From positions 11,098,001-11,162,000 of the forward strand of contig OZ176053.1 in assembly GCA_964247055.1 (NCBI GenBank): DNA of 64,000 nucleotides. The letters run 5' to 3'. Each line of letters begins with the position of its first letter. Position 1 is the stretch's first letter. Shown here one piece after another: positions 1 through 12,955 of this stretch. The position numbers were made by a program, and so were the translations under genes. This DNA is from Paragordius varius (taxonomy: Eukaryota; Animalia; Nematomorpha). A model generated the notes under the pieces. That model saw only the letters and a list, made by a program, of their open reading frames with translations, did not search any database and was not told where the DNA came from.

Positions 1-125
1 TGGTTGCTTTTTTTCAAAAAAATCTTGTCTTTTATATTTACGTTTTATCTGTATAAATTTAATTTTTACTTTAATATTTCGGTTTAATTGTATAAGAATG
101 CATATTATTTATTTAAAAGATTAAC

Positions 126-3100
126 TTGAGTTGGTTCCAACATCACCATATAATTGCCTTTCGCATCGGCCGGCCTAACTGTGAGCCCAGTGTAATCTAC
201 TAAGAAAGGGAAATCGAAGAAGGGAGCTTCTGGGCAATTAACTATATAAACGTACCGTTTTCTATTGCAAACAAAAAAATGAAATTATTAGATATCTAGT
301 GATTATGTTATAAAATTATTTTAAGATGTTGTTAATATTGTCAACGCGAATGAATATTTATTATATATAATAATTTAAATTTTTATCATGTAGCGATAAT
401 TTTGAGTATAGTTTAATTTTGTAATTTAATTTAGATTATTATTTTATTGTTTTGTTGTTTCAAATATTTCGGTATATCTAAGATATATTACTTATGATAA
501 TAAAAAATAACTAGAGAGTCTTTGAATTCATTAATATACATGGATAAAAATATGATGCATTATTTACAACTAAAAAATAAAATTTTAAATAATATTTATA
601 TTGCTTACCTATTCAAAAAAATTGCATAAGTTCAAAATCCTAAAAATTATATACTGGAAGTTTAGACACACTCTAACAATATTTAAATATTCCACAATAT
701 ATAACATTATATCATACTATACATAGATTTATTTATGATTTTACGAAAAAAAATTAATTATACGAATTTCTTTAAATACGATAAATCACCATTAAGTAAA
801 TATATTATGTTTATTTAATTAATAAGATAATATGAAAAACTATTAACCATGATATGTGTGTGTGTGTTATAAGCTAGTCATGTAGTGACTCTTGGCTTTC
901 TCATAAATTAAAGTCCATCTTTGACGATCCTGTGATTCTCTCAACAATTGAGGAAAGTTCGGTTTGTTATTGATTTTAGCATGTCGATCCACCACTTTTT
1001 GGGTCGGCCCCTTCTGCGGGTGCCATATATTAACCCAAAAAGTATGTTTTTTCTAGCGAGTCGGATGCAGGATTTGACCAACATATTTTAGCTGTTTGAA
1101 GATTATTAAATTGTGAAGTAAAAATTCGGATTTGATGAGGTTGAGGATGTAATTGGAGATGTGGGCTTTCCAGGAGATTCTCAATATTTTCCGAAAGCAC
1201 CACATTTGAGAGTTTATGCGGGCTTTGTCAATGGATTTGCATATCCATGATTCGGACCCATAAATTGCCACGGGGTATATCATCGCCTTCAGGATGGCAA
1301 GTTTGGTTGGAAGTCTTATGACCGACGAGTTCCAAATTTTGGACAGATAACCCATAGTAGCACGTCCTAATGCTAGCCGTGCTCGTATGTCGGGATTCGA
1401 GCTACCGTCGGATGTAATTATGGAGCCTAAATATTTACAGTGGTTAGTTAGTTCGATGGTGGAGTTATGGATTGTAAATGGTAGTTGTGGAGCGTTTAGG
1501 ATTATTCTTTTAGATTTTGCTTTTTGTAATATTTTTCATATTAATCTATTTACATTTTATACTAAATCCTCTCATAATTGTGTTGCTATTTTGGGCTCCT
1601 ATGAATTCCCCAAATATCAAATGTTCTAAAAATTGGAAATCTTAATCTGCAGGGATACCAAAATTTGGACTTCACCAGTTAGCCATGAATAACCACACTA
1701 TTGCAATTATTGGATTATCAGAAACCCATATAATGAACAAGGGATATATAATTAATAACAACTATATATTATACCATTCCTGCCATCCTAATCTCAGAAG
1801 ATACGGTACAGGCATCATTATTCACAAATCTTTCGATTCGCTGACGAACCCAATTTTATCAACGATAGAATCATGAAAATTACATTCAATACACTTCCAT
1901 TGAAACTTAATTTGATCCAAGCATATGCTCCTACCAGCAATTCCTCAGAGGAAGATATTGAACAATTCTACTAGCTTCATAACACAGTCATAAACTGCAA
2001 CAAAAACGAAATAATAATAATATTATCTGGAGATCTTAACGCTACCCTAGGTTCTGAGGTTGAACGTAATGTCACTGGTGGATTCGGTCTTGGGAAAAGA
2101 AATCTCCGTGGTGACAAATTGATTAAATTTTGTGACCACAAACTTGCCATTACCAATAACTTTTTATATATTCCCCTCAGAAGAAGATATACGTGGGTTT
2201 CTCCAAAAAATACCCGTTCACAAATTGACTTTACCCTCATCCAACAAAAATGGCTCAAATTTATTATAGGAGCTAAAACTTTCCCAGGAATCGTAATAGG
2301 CTCCGATCATCAACTTCTAGCTATTAAACTTAAATTTAATTAAGTTAGGAACTAAATTACACAAAAAACTAAAAACCGCTTCGACTTTTCCAATGTTACA
2401 AGTGAATTTATATTCAAACTGAATACTTCCCAAAGTAATATCAATACTAATAATCTGAAAGTGAACAACCACTGGCATCAGACCTTGACTGCAATCAACG
2501 AACTAATACCCAAGCACTTCCCACTCCAACGAAAACATTCTAACAATCCTTGCCTCTCAAATGATATTGTCTTGGCCAATAAACGCAGATTGGCTAAAAT
2601 GAGCAACAACATTACTGATTACCGCACATTAAATACTCAATTCAAGATACAATCCAAGATTGATATCAATTTACACTACCTAACTATTTGCAAAGAATTA
2701 GAACTGGCTCACGCCAAAAGCCAGAACATATACCAAAAACTACATTTACTTGTCCCTCACAACTCCAAAAATTTGGGGAACATAAGCAACATGGATAATG
2801 TAATATTAACAAATCTAAATGAAATTATCAAACGCTGGGAAGAATTCAGTACTTCTCTTTATCATGTTGACTCTATTCCACATTCATCCATCGGCACATT
2901 CCTTAAAGCTTCTGAACTTGATCCCCCAATTTTACCTGATGAAGTTCAATACGCCTTAAAACAATTTTCATCCTCCAACTTAGGTTACAATGAAATTCTA
3001 CACACGATCCCCCTCTACTTCTTTACTGATCTTTTACAAAAAGTTTTTCAAACCTGTATTTGGCCGGATGATTGGATTAAATCTTTTCTCCTACCCTTTT

Positions 3101-6100
3101 TTAAAAAGGGAAAGCCCCGTCTCTGTCAGTACTATAGAATGATTGATATCACTAATAAACTATCCAAACTTCTTCTCAAGATTATACTCAAAAGAATCTC
3201 ATCCTCACTGGACTTTGAAATATCTGAGGTGCAGGCTGGCTTTAGAGCAAAGAGAAACACTGCTAATTACATAATAAATCTAAATACAATAATTCGAAGA
3301 TACAATGAATTTGGGAAAAGTCTATACTGATCCTTTTTAGACTTCAGTATGGCATTTGATACAGTCAACCACGATTGCCTATGGAACATATTACGATCCT
3401 CCGGAGTTTCTCCGCACATAACACTCTTGCTTCAATCGCTGTATTCTTCTCCGGTACGCCGACGACACCATCCTCTTGTCAGAATCCCACACGGATATGA
3501 CCTATCTTTTATATAATCTCACCATCGAAGCAAGTTTGATGGGTCTTAAGCTGAACCCAGCTAAATCTAAAATAATGATCCTAAACGCTCCACAACTACC
3601 ATTTACAATCAATAACTCCACCATCGAACTAACTGACCACTGTAAATATTTAGGCTCCATAATTACATCGGACGGTAGCTCGAATCCCGACATACGAGCA
3701 CGGCTAGCATTAGGACGTGCTACTATGGGTTATCTGTCCAAAATTTGGAACTCGTCGGTCATAAGACTTCCAACCAAACTTGCCATCCTGATGGCGATGA
3801 TATACTCCGTGGCAATTTATTGGTCCGAATCATGGATATGCAAATCCATTGACAAAGCCCGCATAAACTCTCAAATGTGGTGCTTTCGGAAAATATTGAG
3901 AATCTCCTGGAAAGCCCACATCTCCAATTACATCCTCAACCTCATCAAATCCAAATTTTTACTTCACAATTTAATAATCTTCAAACAGCTAAAATATGTT
4001 GGTCAAATCCTGCATCCGACTCGCTAGAAAAAACATACTTTTTCGGTTAATATATGGCACCCGCAGAAGGGGCCGACCCAAAAAGCGGTGGATCGACATG
4101 CTTAAATCAAAAACAAACCAAACTTTTCCTCAATTGTTGAGAGAATCACAGGATCGTCAAAAATGGAGAACTTTAATTTATGAGAAAGCCAAGAGTCACT
4201 ACATGACTAGCTTATAAGACACACACACACAAACTTTTAAGGACCTAATCAATATGTAATTAACCCAAAAAACCCACAAACCAAATCAAAAGCCTATTTG
4301 TTAATAATATATTTCGGGATAAAAAATTTTGGCTGGCCTCATACCACAATACATAGTACCAAATTATTAATAATTAAACCAACCATTTCATTAATGGTTA
4401 ATATCTCTTAAAAAATTATTCTATTAATGTGAACATATATGTATGTACGGAAAAAATAAAAATTTACGACCTAAAAATTTGAAAAGTGACAACATTTCTC
4501 AAAAAGGAAGACAAATCACAATAGTATTCCGTTACAAAAAAGGTTTTCCGTAATTTTCAACAATATAGTACATATACCTTGGTTCAATTGGTAAAGATAT
4601 CTCCCTCATATTCATATCACTCCCTAGACCAATCATTCGAGCTATCTGTCCAGAGTTTGGACCGCCTGCTATCACACAATGACTAAATTGAATCAGTTTG
4701 CGTCTCATAACACCATCCCCGTGATAATCTGCATTAATCTGCAAGTAACAGGCATTAATAATTGTCCGTAAAAAGACAATTTACTTATTATATAATCATT
4801 AATTTCTTTCGCTCAAGGAATTTTTATCTCAAGAACAAAAGGATTATAGCAATTTTATGGCTAGGGTATTCAATTTCAATTTGATCCAAATTTATTTAAC
4901 GTTTTCCGAAAATTTGTTTTCAACCATATATCAAAGAAAATATTATAAAAATTCTCATGCCCAACATTTGTGCAGGTATACTTATTAATAACTTTACTAA
5001 ACAGTGGTGTTTAAAAATTTGGTAAATGCAAAAACCGAAGGGTAAAAATAATTTTACAATAGCTTTGGAGGGAATGGTGGCATCAAAAAAGTTTTGTCGT
5101 TTAGCATCATACAATCGGGCCATGTTCATTTCCGTGAAACCGAGTAAACGCCCCTGAACAAAATGCGTATGGTAAAAGGCACAATAGTGTTTTAAGTGAT
5201 CCATTAATTTACAGGGATTATACCAACCCTCTTCGGACGAAGGACCTGTTTATGTACAAAATTGATTGGAATAAAATACGCATACGAGAGATATGTAAAT
5301 ATTTAGCATTATATTAATTTTCAAAGTTATTTTTAAAAACTGAATATATTCATTAATTATAAAAAGCAAAATAATAGTCATATATAACCATTTGTGAAAA
5401 AGGTTTAAAAAAAATTAAGAAAATCAAATGTTAAAGAGGACTATGATGTAAGAAAAAAAATTTAATTTATCATAAATGTGTGTAAATTTTTGAAAAATCA
5501 ATATTTTTATGAATTACGAGATTTAACTGAAAAAAAAACCATTTGTTTACTAACTATATGTGTACATCGTTTGTTTAATATGACTAAACTAACCTAAAGC
5601 GGCCAATTTAATGCCATGTGAATTGATCCAAGGATATTTATTTTCAAATTGTTGCGTGGTTAATATTTTAGATTTGCAATTATAATCCCTTCATTACATA
5701 TAAGAATATACCTTTGAATTTGATAATTCATTTTTAGTTGTTCGGCACCCTCGTCTGATGCCAAAACCAAATGTCCTTGAGAATGTAAATCGATGTCAAA
5801 GTCATTTATTATATGATCTAATTATAAATATAATAGTACCATTGATCGGTAATCGCAAATAATCAGACGTATTTTTTAAAAAATGAGAAGTAAAACGAGA
5901 CATTAGTATGTTTTCTGGTAGGGAATATGATTGTCTAAAACCACCCATTGATAGTGTAGAGGTTGATAAATTGTTCTAAAATTAAATTTATTATACATTT
6001 ATATCCTGATCAAGAATAGTAATTTTCATGTCTTTCTGTATAAAATATCTAAACCAGAAGGCGGTAGAAAGACCCATTAGACCACCGCCAATTATTAAAA

Positions 6101-6344
6101 TATCTGTTTCAAATGGGAAATCATAGTCATCGTGGATATAAGACAAGGGCTTAAAATCAACTTTTTTCGGTTGATAATCCAAATTTATCAAATTTTTAAC
6201 CCCCGTAAATATCCTTCCAAATGCCTCCTTTTCATGTCGAAGAGATCTTACAATTTTATTCCATGGATGATCGTTAAATGGAAATTCTGAATCGATGTTA
6301 GAAAATGACCTATATCGAATTCTAAAAAGAATTGATCTTGACAT
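126..6344 (-). CDS. FOXRED1: FAD-dependent oxidoreductase FOXRED1 (complex I assembly factor), 7 exons visible, 3' end beyond the left edge
   Basis: Exons 6344-5997, 5975-5840, 5817-5712, 5688-5594, 5245-5058, 4738-4578 and 261-126 join in frame at GT-AG sites. They give GxGxxG (IIGGGLMGLSTA), STLSMGGFRQSYSLPENI, GHLVLASDEG, KYPWINSHGI, EEGWYNP and LPIEPRKRYVYIVNCP, all collinear with the human FOXRED1 sequence as I recall it. Confidence 0.93.
855..1517 (-). mobile_element. 5'-truncated RTE/BovB-like LINE copy (RT C-terminus plus (CA)n tail), inverted relative to its neighbour
   Basis: Reverse complement of 3563-4231 with scattered substitutions. Encodes LAILKAMIYPVAIYGSESW and the RRRGRPKKRW region. 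(TG)n at 855-866. Confidence 0.92.
1520..4231 (+). mobile_element. Near full-length, inactivated RTE/BovB-like non-LTR retrotransposon (AP endonuclease plus RT)
   Basis: Endonuclease motifs LKIGNLN, IIGLSETH, IQAYAPT, SGDLNA, SQIDF and GSDHQL. RT motifs PFFKKG, QAGFR, DFSMAFDTVNH and LRYADDT. C-terminal YWSESW and RRRGRPKKRW. (CA)n tail 4220-4231. Several stops and frameshifts, and the QG..LSP segment is deleted at about 3448. Confidence 0.95.
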
Positions 6345-7631
6345 TATAAAAAATAAAATTTTATTTTAAGTTTTTTTTAAAGCATGGACCGTTTAAAAAA
6401 AGATAACACATGCTGATAGTACATTATATTTGTATATAGTGTCCATGAAACTATATACTCTGATAAGAAAATCTATTGGGAGTATCATAGTGCTTTTGGT
6501 TTAGTCACCTAAGAGTGATAGAATGTAATTTACCCTATTATAAATTCTTTTTATCAGAAAATAGAAAGATTTGCTTTAAAAATTTTCTGCGTGGCTAATC
6601 ACCAAAAAATAGCACCACAAATATACACTAAATACACCAGTGGCTCTCATCCTTTTTTGTTCACGTCCCACCAAATTGAAAAAAATTCTTACGCCCCATT
6701 TCCTCCCTCCGAAATAGCATGGATAAAAAGCAAAATAAAATATGTATGAATGTATTGATACATTTAAGTCCATTTCCATAATGAAGTATTTTTATCTTTT
6801 CACTATTTTATTATATACTATTATATTATGTAGGAACAAGTAAATGAAAAAACAATTAAATACAATGTGTATATTTAACAATCTAAAAATGAATACTTCC
6901 CAACTTTACATTTTAATTTAAATATAGCAGATAAACCAATTTACCAATAAATATTAAATATAATATTTATTAATATAAAAATCATTTCTCCAAATTTTTC
7001 GCACCTTTAAGAGTATTGCTCCCCTTATGGGAGCTACTGACGTACAGATTGTCCACAAAAAAACCCATAAATATGTAATATATATATATATATATATATA
7101 TACTGATAGGAACTCGTATTAGGTTTATCCCTGGTCTTGGTTTATTGAATCTTGCGAATGATTTAGCATAGGTCCTGTTGGGGTACTTTTATATCCCAGA
7201 GCGATTTGAGTTTTTAAAAAACATGATATTTGGCTTAATTAAAAATATGACTTTTTAGAGCGCATAAAATAAAAAATATTTTTTAACAAATGTAAATTGT
7301 AAAAAAAGCATCATTTCAAACTTTTTGGCCATCATTTTTTTCTTACATTTAAATCGCTAACACAATAGGCCAATAAATGTATATTATGTTTATAAAATGC
7401 AAATTTGATTCCAATTGACCTATCCAAATACTCCAGACAATATAATATTTTTAAGGTTGCAATTTAAATATATTCTTTTATCCTAATAAAAATATAAATA
7501 AGCCACAATTTAAAAATAATTTTTTGAAGTAGATTTGCGTATCAAACTACTTGGACACCTTTGAATCACTTTTTTGAAAACATCGTGTTTATTTGATTAT
7601 AAGCCTAAAGATAAGTTTACTTTTTTATTAA

Positions 7632-9047
7632 AACTATATTTGATACCGCATCCATTTCAGTCCTTCAATTCAAACTGGGGTAGTTGGATACCCCTGGCCT
7701 GTTTAAAATTAAATAATTCAAAAAATATGGAATGAATTGAAACCATGGCAAATTGCCATTTATAACCTTAATGAACCGAATAATATAAATAATTTTATTC
7801 AAAAATACTAGATATTAATTATTTTTGAGTAAAACCCCAAGGTAAAAATTTAGTCAACATTACATGTGTGCATAAGCTAATTTTAAAATAATACAAAATT
7901 AACCACTTTTTCTGTTTCCATCAATGTTAGATAAAATTTTAATAAAAAATTAGCTTTTATTTTGGCTATAAACTTAAATAAACACGATATTTTGCAAAAA
8001 TGTTGTAAAATAAAAATGGTGTCGAAGTAGTTTGATATGAAACTTTTTCAAAACCAAGTTTTATTTAGATATTTTGGCTTATTTCTATAACTTTTACTAG
8101 CGTGACGACTATGTTCGGCGCAATCGAAAATAAGACAAAAATCATATTTGGAATGATCCAACACGTTCTCCAGAAAATTGTCTCAAAGACACGATATCCG
8201 TTTTTCACACGGGGTGGGCCCGAACTAGGGGTCTATTTCAAAAAAAGGGCGAAGCTATTGTCGGGGAATTCATTAATGATTATATTTTTTCGATGTTTGT
8301 ATTTGAATGGGTCTACCGGTTTTCCGGTACCAGATCACAAAGCAAGCATTTTCCATTTTTATAAATATGTAGATTACCATAAATAATGTTTTATTATCCA
8401 TATATTTTTTAACATCCTATACATATGATAGATACTCCTTACTAAGCAGCTATCATCAAAGAAACGCTTGACTAAAATTTTTGCCTTTAACAGGGAACAC
8501 GTGGAATCCATATTAAATTTTTACGGTCTCATACCTAGGGCGAAAAATAGATTTAAAAAATTATTTTTGTGGACTTTGTTTTTTGAAAAAATGACATTTT
8601 ACGGGGATAGCGGATAAAAAGAGGGCCTAAATCATAAAAGTGAATCGACTATGTTCGGCGCAATCGAAAATAAGTAAACAAAAATCATATTTAAAATTGA
8701 ATGATCCAACACGTTCTCCAGAAAATTGTCTCAAGGACACGATTATGGACTTCTGTTTTCAAAATAACCCGTTTTTCACACGGGGTGGGCCCGAACTGGG
8801 GGCCTATTTCAAAAAAGGGCGAAGCTATTGTCGGGGTCTTCATTAATGATTATTTTTTCGATATTTGAATTTGAATGGGTCTACCGGTTTTTCGGTACCA
8901 GATACAAAGCCAGCATTTTCCATTTTTATAAATATATAGATTAGGATAGAAGCATATTAAATTGGGACCGTTTCTTTCAGTAGTTTTTAAAAAATTTAAA
9001 TTTAAATATAGTCTGGGGTATTTTGATACCCGATTTAAATCGAAGTG
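7632..9047 (+). mobile_element. piggyBac-type MITE (about 570 bp) interrupted by a Helitron
   Basis: Collinear with the 36719-37277 copy once 8097-8940 is removed. Right end ...CGAAGTG|TTAA (TTAA at 9048-9051). Left end degenerate. Confidence 0.75.
8097..8940 (-). mobile_element. Non-autonomous Helitron (core-linker-core)
   Basis: On the minus strand it starts A|TCtatatattt (8940) and ends ...gcgccgaacatagtcgtcacgCTAG|T (8097), with a subterminal hairpin and no TSD. The empty site matches the uninterrupted MITE at about 37165. Confidence 0.88.
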
Positions 9048-9149
9048 TTAAACTTGATATAAACAGATTAAAAGGTATATTTTGCTTATTTTTATATTTA
9101 GCTAATGCACAGGTGTCTTGTTGGCAAATTTCTGTGAATTTTATTTCTA

Positions 9150-9338
9150 AAAAAGTAATATCAAATATTTTTAGTAAATTTTTTTCATATTTTGGTTTAT
9201 TAATTTTATATAAGTACAAACTTTTGCCATGGTTTCAATTTATTCCATATTTTTTAAATCATTTAATAAATAAGCCCGGCGCATATAACTACCCCAATTC
9301 TAATCGAAGGACTGAAATGAATGTGTTGTATCCAAGTG
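9150..9338 (-). mobile_element. Partial piggyBac-type MITE, inverted
   Basis: Ends ...GTATCCAAGTG|TTAA (9339-9342), the reverse complement of the TTAA|CACTTGGATAC terminus at 36715-36729. Left boundary approximate. Confidence 0.65.
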
Positions 9339-10945
9339 TTAAATAAGTTTTCGGTTGCATTTTATCAGCAAAAATTTGGTAATTATATATTTTAAAATGA
9401 GCTGTTTAACTCAATCGTGTTTTGGAGGTGTCCTCAATTCAGATTCCGATGTTACAAAATTGTAATAATATTAGCCTTTTTTGTCTAATACAAGTGAAAA
9501 ATATTATATAATTCAATATTAACATAGCTTCCAAAACAATAGTTATTTACAAGATTGAGCTCTGTGATAAACTACCCCAATATGTCATCGCGGGAAAAAA
9601 AGTGAAACGGTCATGAAGGGAAGAAAGTTAGTGATGCTTTTTTTAAGTGCTTCATACCAGAAAATATCATTTGCGCACATTTTTTAAAATAATTTATATG
9701 CTGCAAGCTAAATGTTACATTCCAAAAAATATCAAAATATCTCATAAACTTTATTTAAAAAGCAGAACAAATTTTTTTTAAAAATTTAATTTTTAGATAT
9801 GAGTTCCCAGGGTTGCAATTTTTTGCTCCAAAATGGGCTAGTTTGTTTAAAGTTAACAGAATGCCAAATTGTGCTAAAAAAAATTTCTAACAAAGTATGG
9901 GCTATTTTGCTATTTTCTGATATGGAGCAGCTACCACATTATGAATGCTTTCTTGCATCACTCCTAAAGGCCAAAACTGAATGCACTATTATAATTCTGA
10001 TACTTTTCTACCAGAATATATATATTTCATCAAATTTTTATACCCCCGATTTCAGGCGCATATATTTTACTAATTTTTTGGAATAAAACATTTAGCATAT
10101 TACCAATACTTTTTCATAAAGAGCGATTACCAAAAAGTTGCAATAACTTTCTTAAATGTAAGGCTTTAAAGCAAAACCACGAGCATTAAATGATTTTTTA
10201 ATCAGAAGATATGTTTAATATTTTTGCACCACCCGATTTTGTTAGTGTAATATATATGCGAGTGATTAATTTATATTATAACTGCTTTTATACTTATAGA
10301 TCATTTAAATACCTATAAATTATATATTTATATAAATTGTCGTGGGTTTTTCTTATGATCATAATGAAAACACCAAAGTTAGAGTTCAGTTTCACCGATT
10401 AATCCTTAAAATAATTTGAGAAATCAGGGCTTGTACAGAATAATTATATATTTTGGCTGGATATAATTGGTAAACTTTTTTTAACCATATTAAATAAATT
10501 TTTAATGGCCATCGCCCAGATGGGTTGATGGATTTATTTACATGTATATTTAAAATTATATGCGCAATTCCTTTTAAAAACTATAGACACCGGTTTCCTT
10601 TTTGAATATAATCAATTTATTTAATAAACTCATATCCTCTTAATTTTTGTAATTTTTATCGGCTTTGATGACGTATTTTAAATTGAAATTCTCCTGAATA
10701 TGCTATGTCCCTAGCATGCTGTGCTCATGACATAAGCTTAGTAATTAATACCGTCTGAAGACGCAAAGTAGAGTTTTCTTTTTAATCAGTAAATTTATAT
10801 TTTAAATGATTAAAATTATATTTGAAGATAGATTTATATATCACATTTGTAAACTTTGATATATATTATTTATACTATAAACTATAATCCCTGTTGACAA
10901 CATTTAAAATGTGTGCATTTTCGGTAATGTAATATATCATATTAA

Positions 10946-11776
10946 CTATATCATGCTTTTACACATGTCTATTATGCTTAAGGTGTTTGCATCTTGATTC
11001 GGCATTTGTGAATTCATTTGTGCAAAATTGTTTTGAGCGTCGTGGTTATAATCTATGGATTTTCTGTGAGATCGCGTCTCTTTTTCAAAGGCTCTTACTT
11101 CATGATTTCGAAGTTCACGGTTTTCAGGCGTATACATTCTCCTGTCTGCTTTTTGTTTTTGTATGCTATCCGGATGAGATGCAATACGATCCCGTGCTCT
11201 TTGTCGATCCTGCAAAGCTTGATTCATCATAATATGATTTGAGTCGAGATCATTGAAGAATACCAAATCTTAAAAATAATTATAACAAGATAATTATTAT
11301 ATAATAATTGGTTAATGTTTAATAATTCATTTATTAATAAAAATAAATGGAATATTGTTGATTTCTGTATGAACCAATTACATAACCAAGAGTTTAATCA
11401 TGAAAAATTTTCCTAATATTCTATATACTATCCCTTGAGAATCCTCATCTTTAATCTGGCAATAATAATTTCTAATGATAGTCCAAAGTTTAAATATTGA
11501 ATTAGAAGAACCTGTCTGATCTGGAGTCCTGTGACTAACACCACGGGTTGGGCTCACACGAGATTTATTTTTTGACTCCTTGAGTTTGAGTGGGATACTA
11601 ACTCTCCGCATATCATTAACCGACTGTGGCTTATTGGCACCTCGGTGACTTTTATGAGGTTGATCTAATGCATCCATTGGACTAGCTTCTTCAGCGATAG
11701 CTTTTGTGGATTTATCAGAAAATCCAGTGGCGCCCGTGCGGGCAACAAGTGAAGCTGGTGTTTTTGTGGGATTCAT
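10946..11776 (-). CDS. Orphan S/T/K/P-rich protein, probably two exons (11776 to about 11390, and about 11270-10946); junction unresolved
   Basis: Two GC-richer open frames (132 and 106 aa) in AT-rich surroundings. The first is paralogous to the exon at 16043-15758 (24 of 52 identities by hand alignment). No family recognised. Confidence 0.6.
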
Positions 11777-12955
11777 ATCTAATTATAGGAATATGATGAC
11801 AATATTATTATATTATTATGTAAGACGCTTTCATTTGCATACTTAAAACAATACACCGCGATTATTATGAATACGCACAGTGTAAATATAGATCTCAAGT
11901 TGCCTCGAAAATATCAAAACATGTCCCTTTTCGGTGCCTACACCTCCTCGTAGTCAAAACAATCAAAACTCATATTGCTTAAAATTAAATTATATATTTA
12001 CTATGTGAATAACCGATCTTTCATCGATATTAATTTTGGATTTCAAGTTTATATATAATCAGATAACAACTTTAACACGATAAAAAAGCGAGACATTTAT
12101 GTAAGTATCTTCGTATACGCATTCACACGTGAGTTAATTTATAATGGTCAACTTCAAAACTAGTTTAACAAAAAGCACAGCCTTATTCAAAAATTAATTA
12201 AAAATAATGATAGGACGGAAAGTAAAAATATTTATCACAAATTTACTATATTATAAAACGGTTTTGTCCCTTTGATACTCACAAAATATAATTATTTTTA
12301 CGGGATTCATTTATTGATTAAAAAAATAGCAACGTTTTTATTTGGAAATATTTTATAGTTCAGGAAAGACCTGATAATATTAGAGTTTTGTATTGATATA
12401 AGGAAATATCAAAACTTTTAATTAATTTATTAAATTAAGATAAAATTTATAATTATAATTATATTTATGTGTATAAATTACTAATACCTGAATTAAATAT
12501 ATGAATTAAAAAGGAATAATATTATGCCATGCGATGTCAAATTTGTTTTTATTCAAGGTTGCCAATAATTTTGTTTTATACGCCGAAGGCAAAACCCCAT
12601 AAAATCAATAAATAAATGAATTTTAATGATAACATAGCACAGAAAATTTGGCAGTAATGATAAAAATATATTTAATGATATACAATGGGTGTCGTTTGTT
12701 TATATTTGTTAATTATTTTAAAGAATTAATAAATATACTTATTACGCATTTGATGCTTTTATTGACCGTTTTTCGGCAGTGTTTGTTGGTTAATATGCCG
12801 CTAAGCTGGTGCATTCAGCTATATTTTAAAAACAAAAAAAGTATTTGAATTAAAAGGTATTATATACGGATGATTTCAGATAATGTCTTTTAAAAGCCTA
12901 AAGTGTGTAAACACATTTTTTAACACCAATCAATGTGTTATTAATATTATTATTA

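Noticed and set aside
830-4245. Target-site duplication around the twin LINE (aaactattaa vs aaacttttaa)
   Set aside because: Imperfect, not flush with the left tail, and likely by chance in AT-rich DNA.
6411-6416. TGC-TGA as a selenocysteine (CU) motif
   Set aside because: It depends on several unverified splice choices, there is no family similarity and I identified no SECIS.
8102-8846. ORFs inside the Helitron core (also 40144-40449, 29083-29283, 56994-57224)
   Set aside because: Frames differ among copies and show no Rep/helicase motifs, so this is non-coding repeat.
10661-10762. Possible box C/D snoRNA (TGATGA...CTGA with a short terminal stem)
   Set aside because: The motifs are short and expected by chance in AT-rich DNA, and I could not identify an rRNA target. 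It would need snoscan or Infernal.
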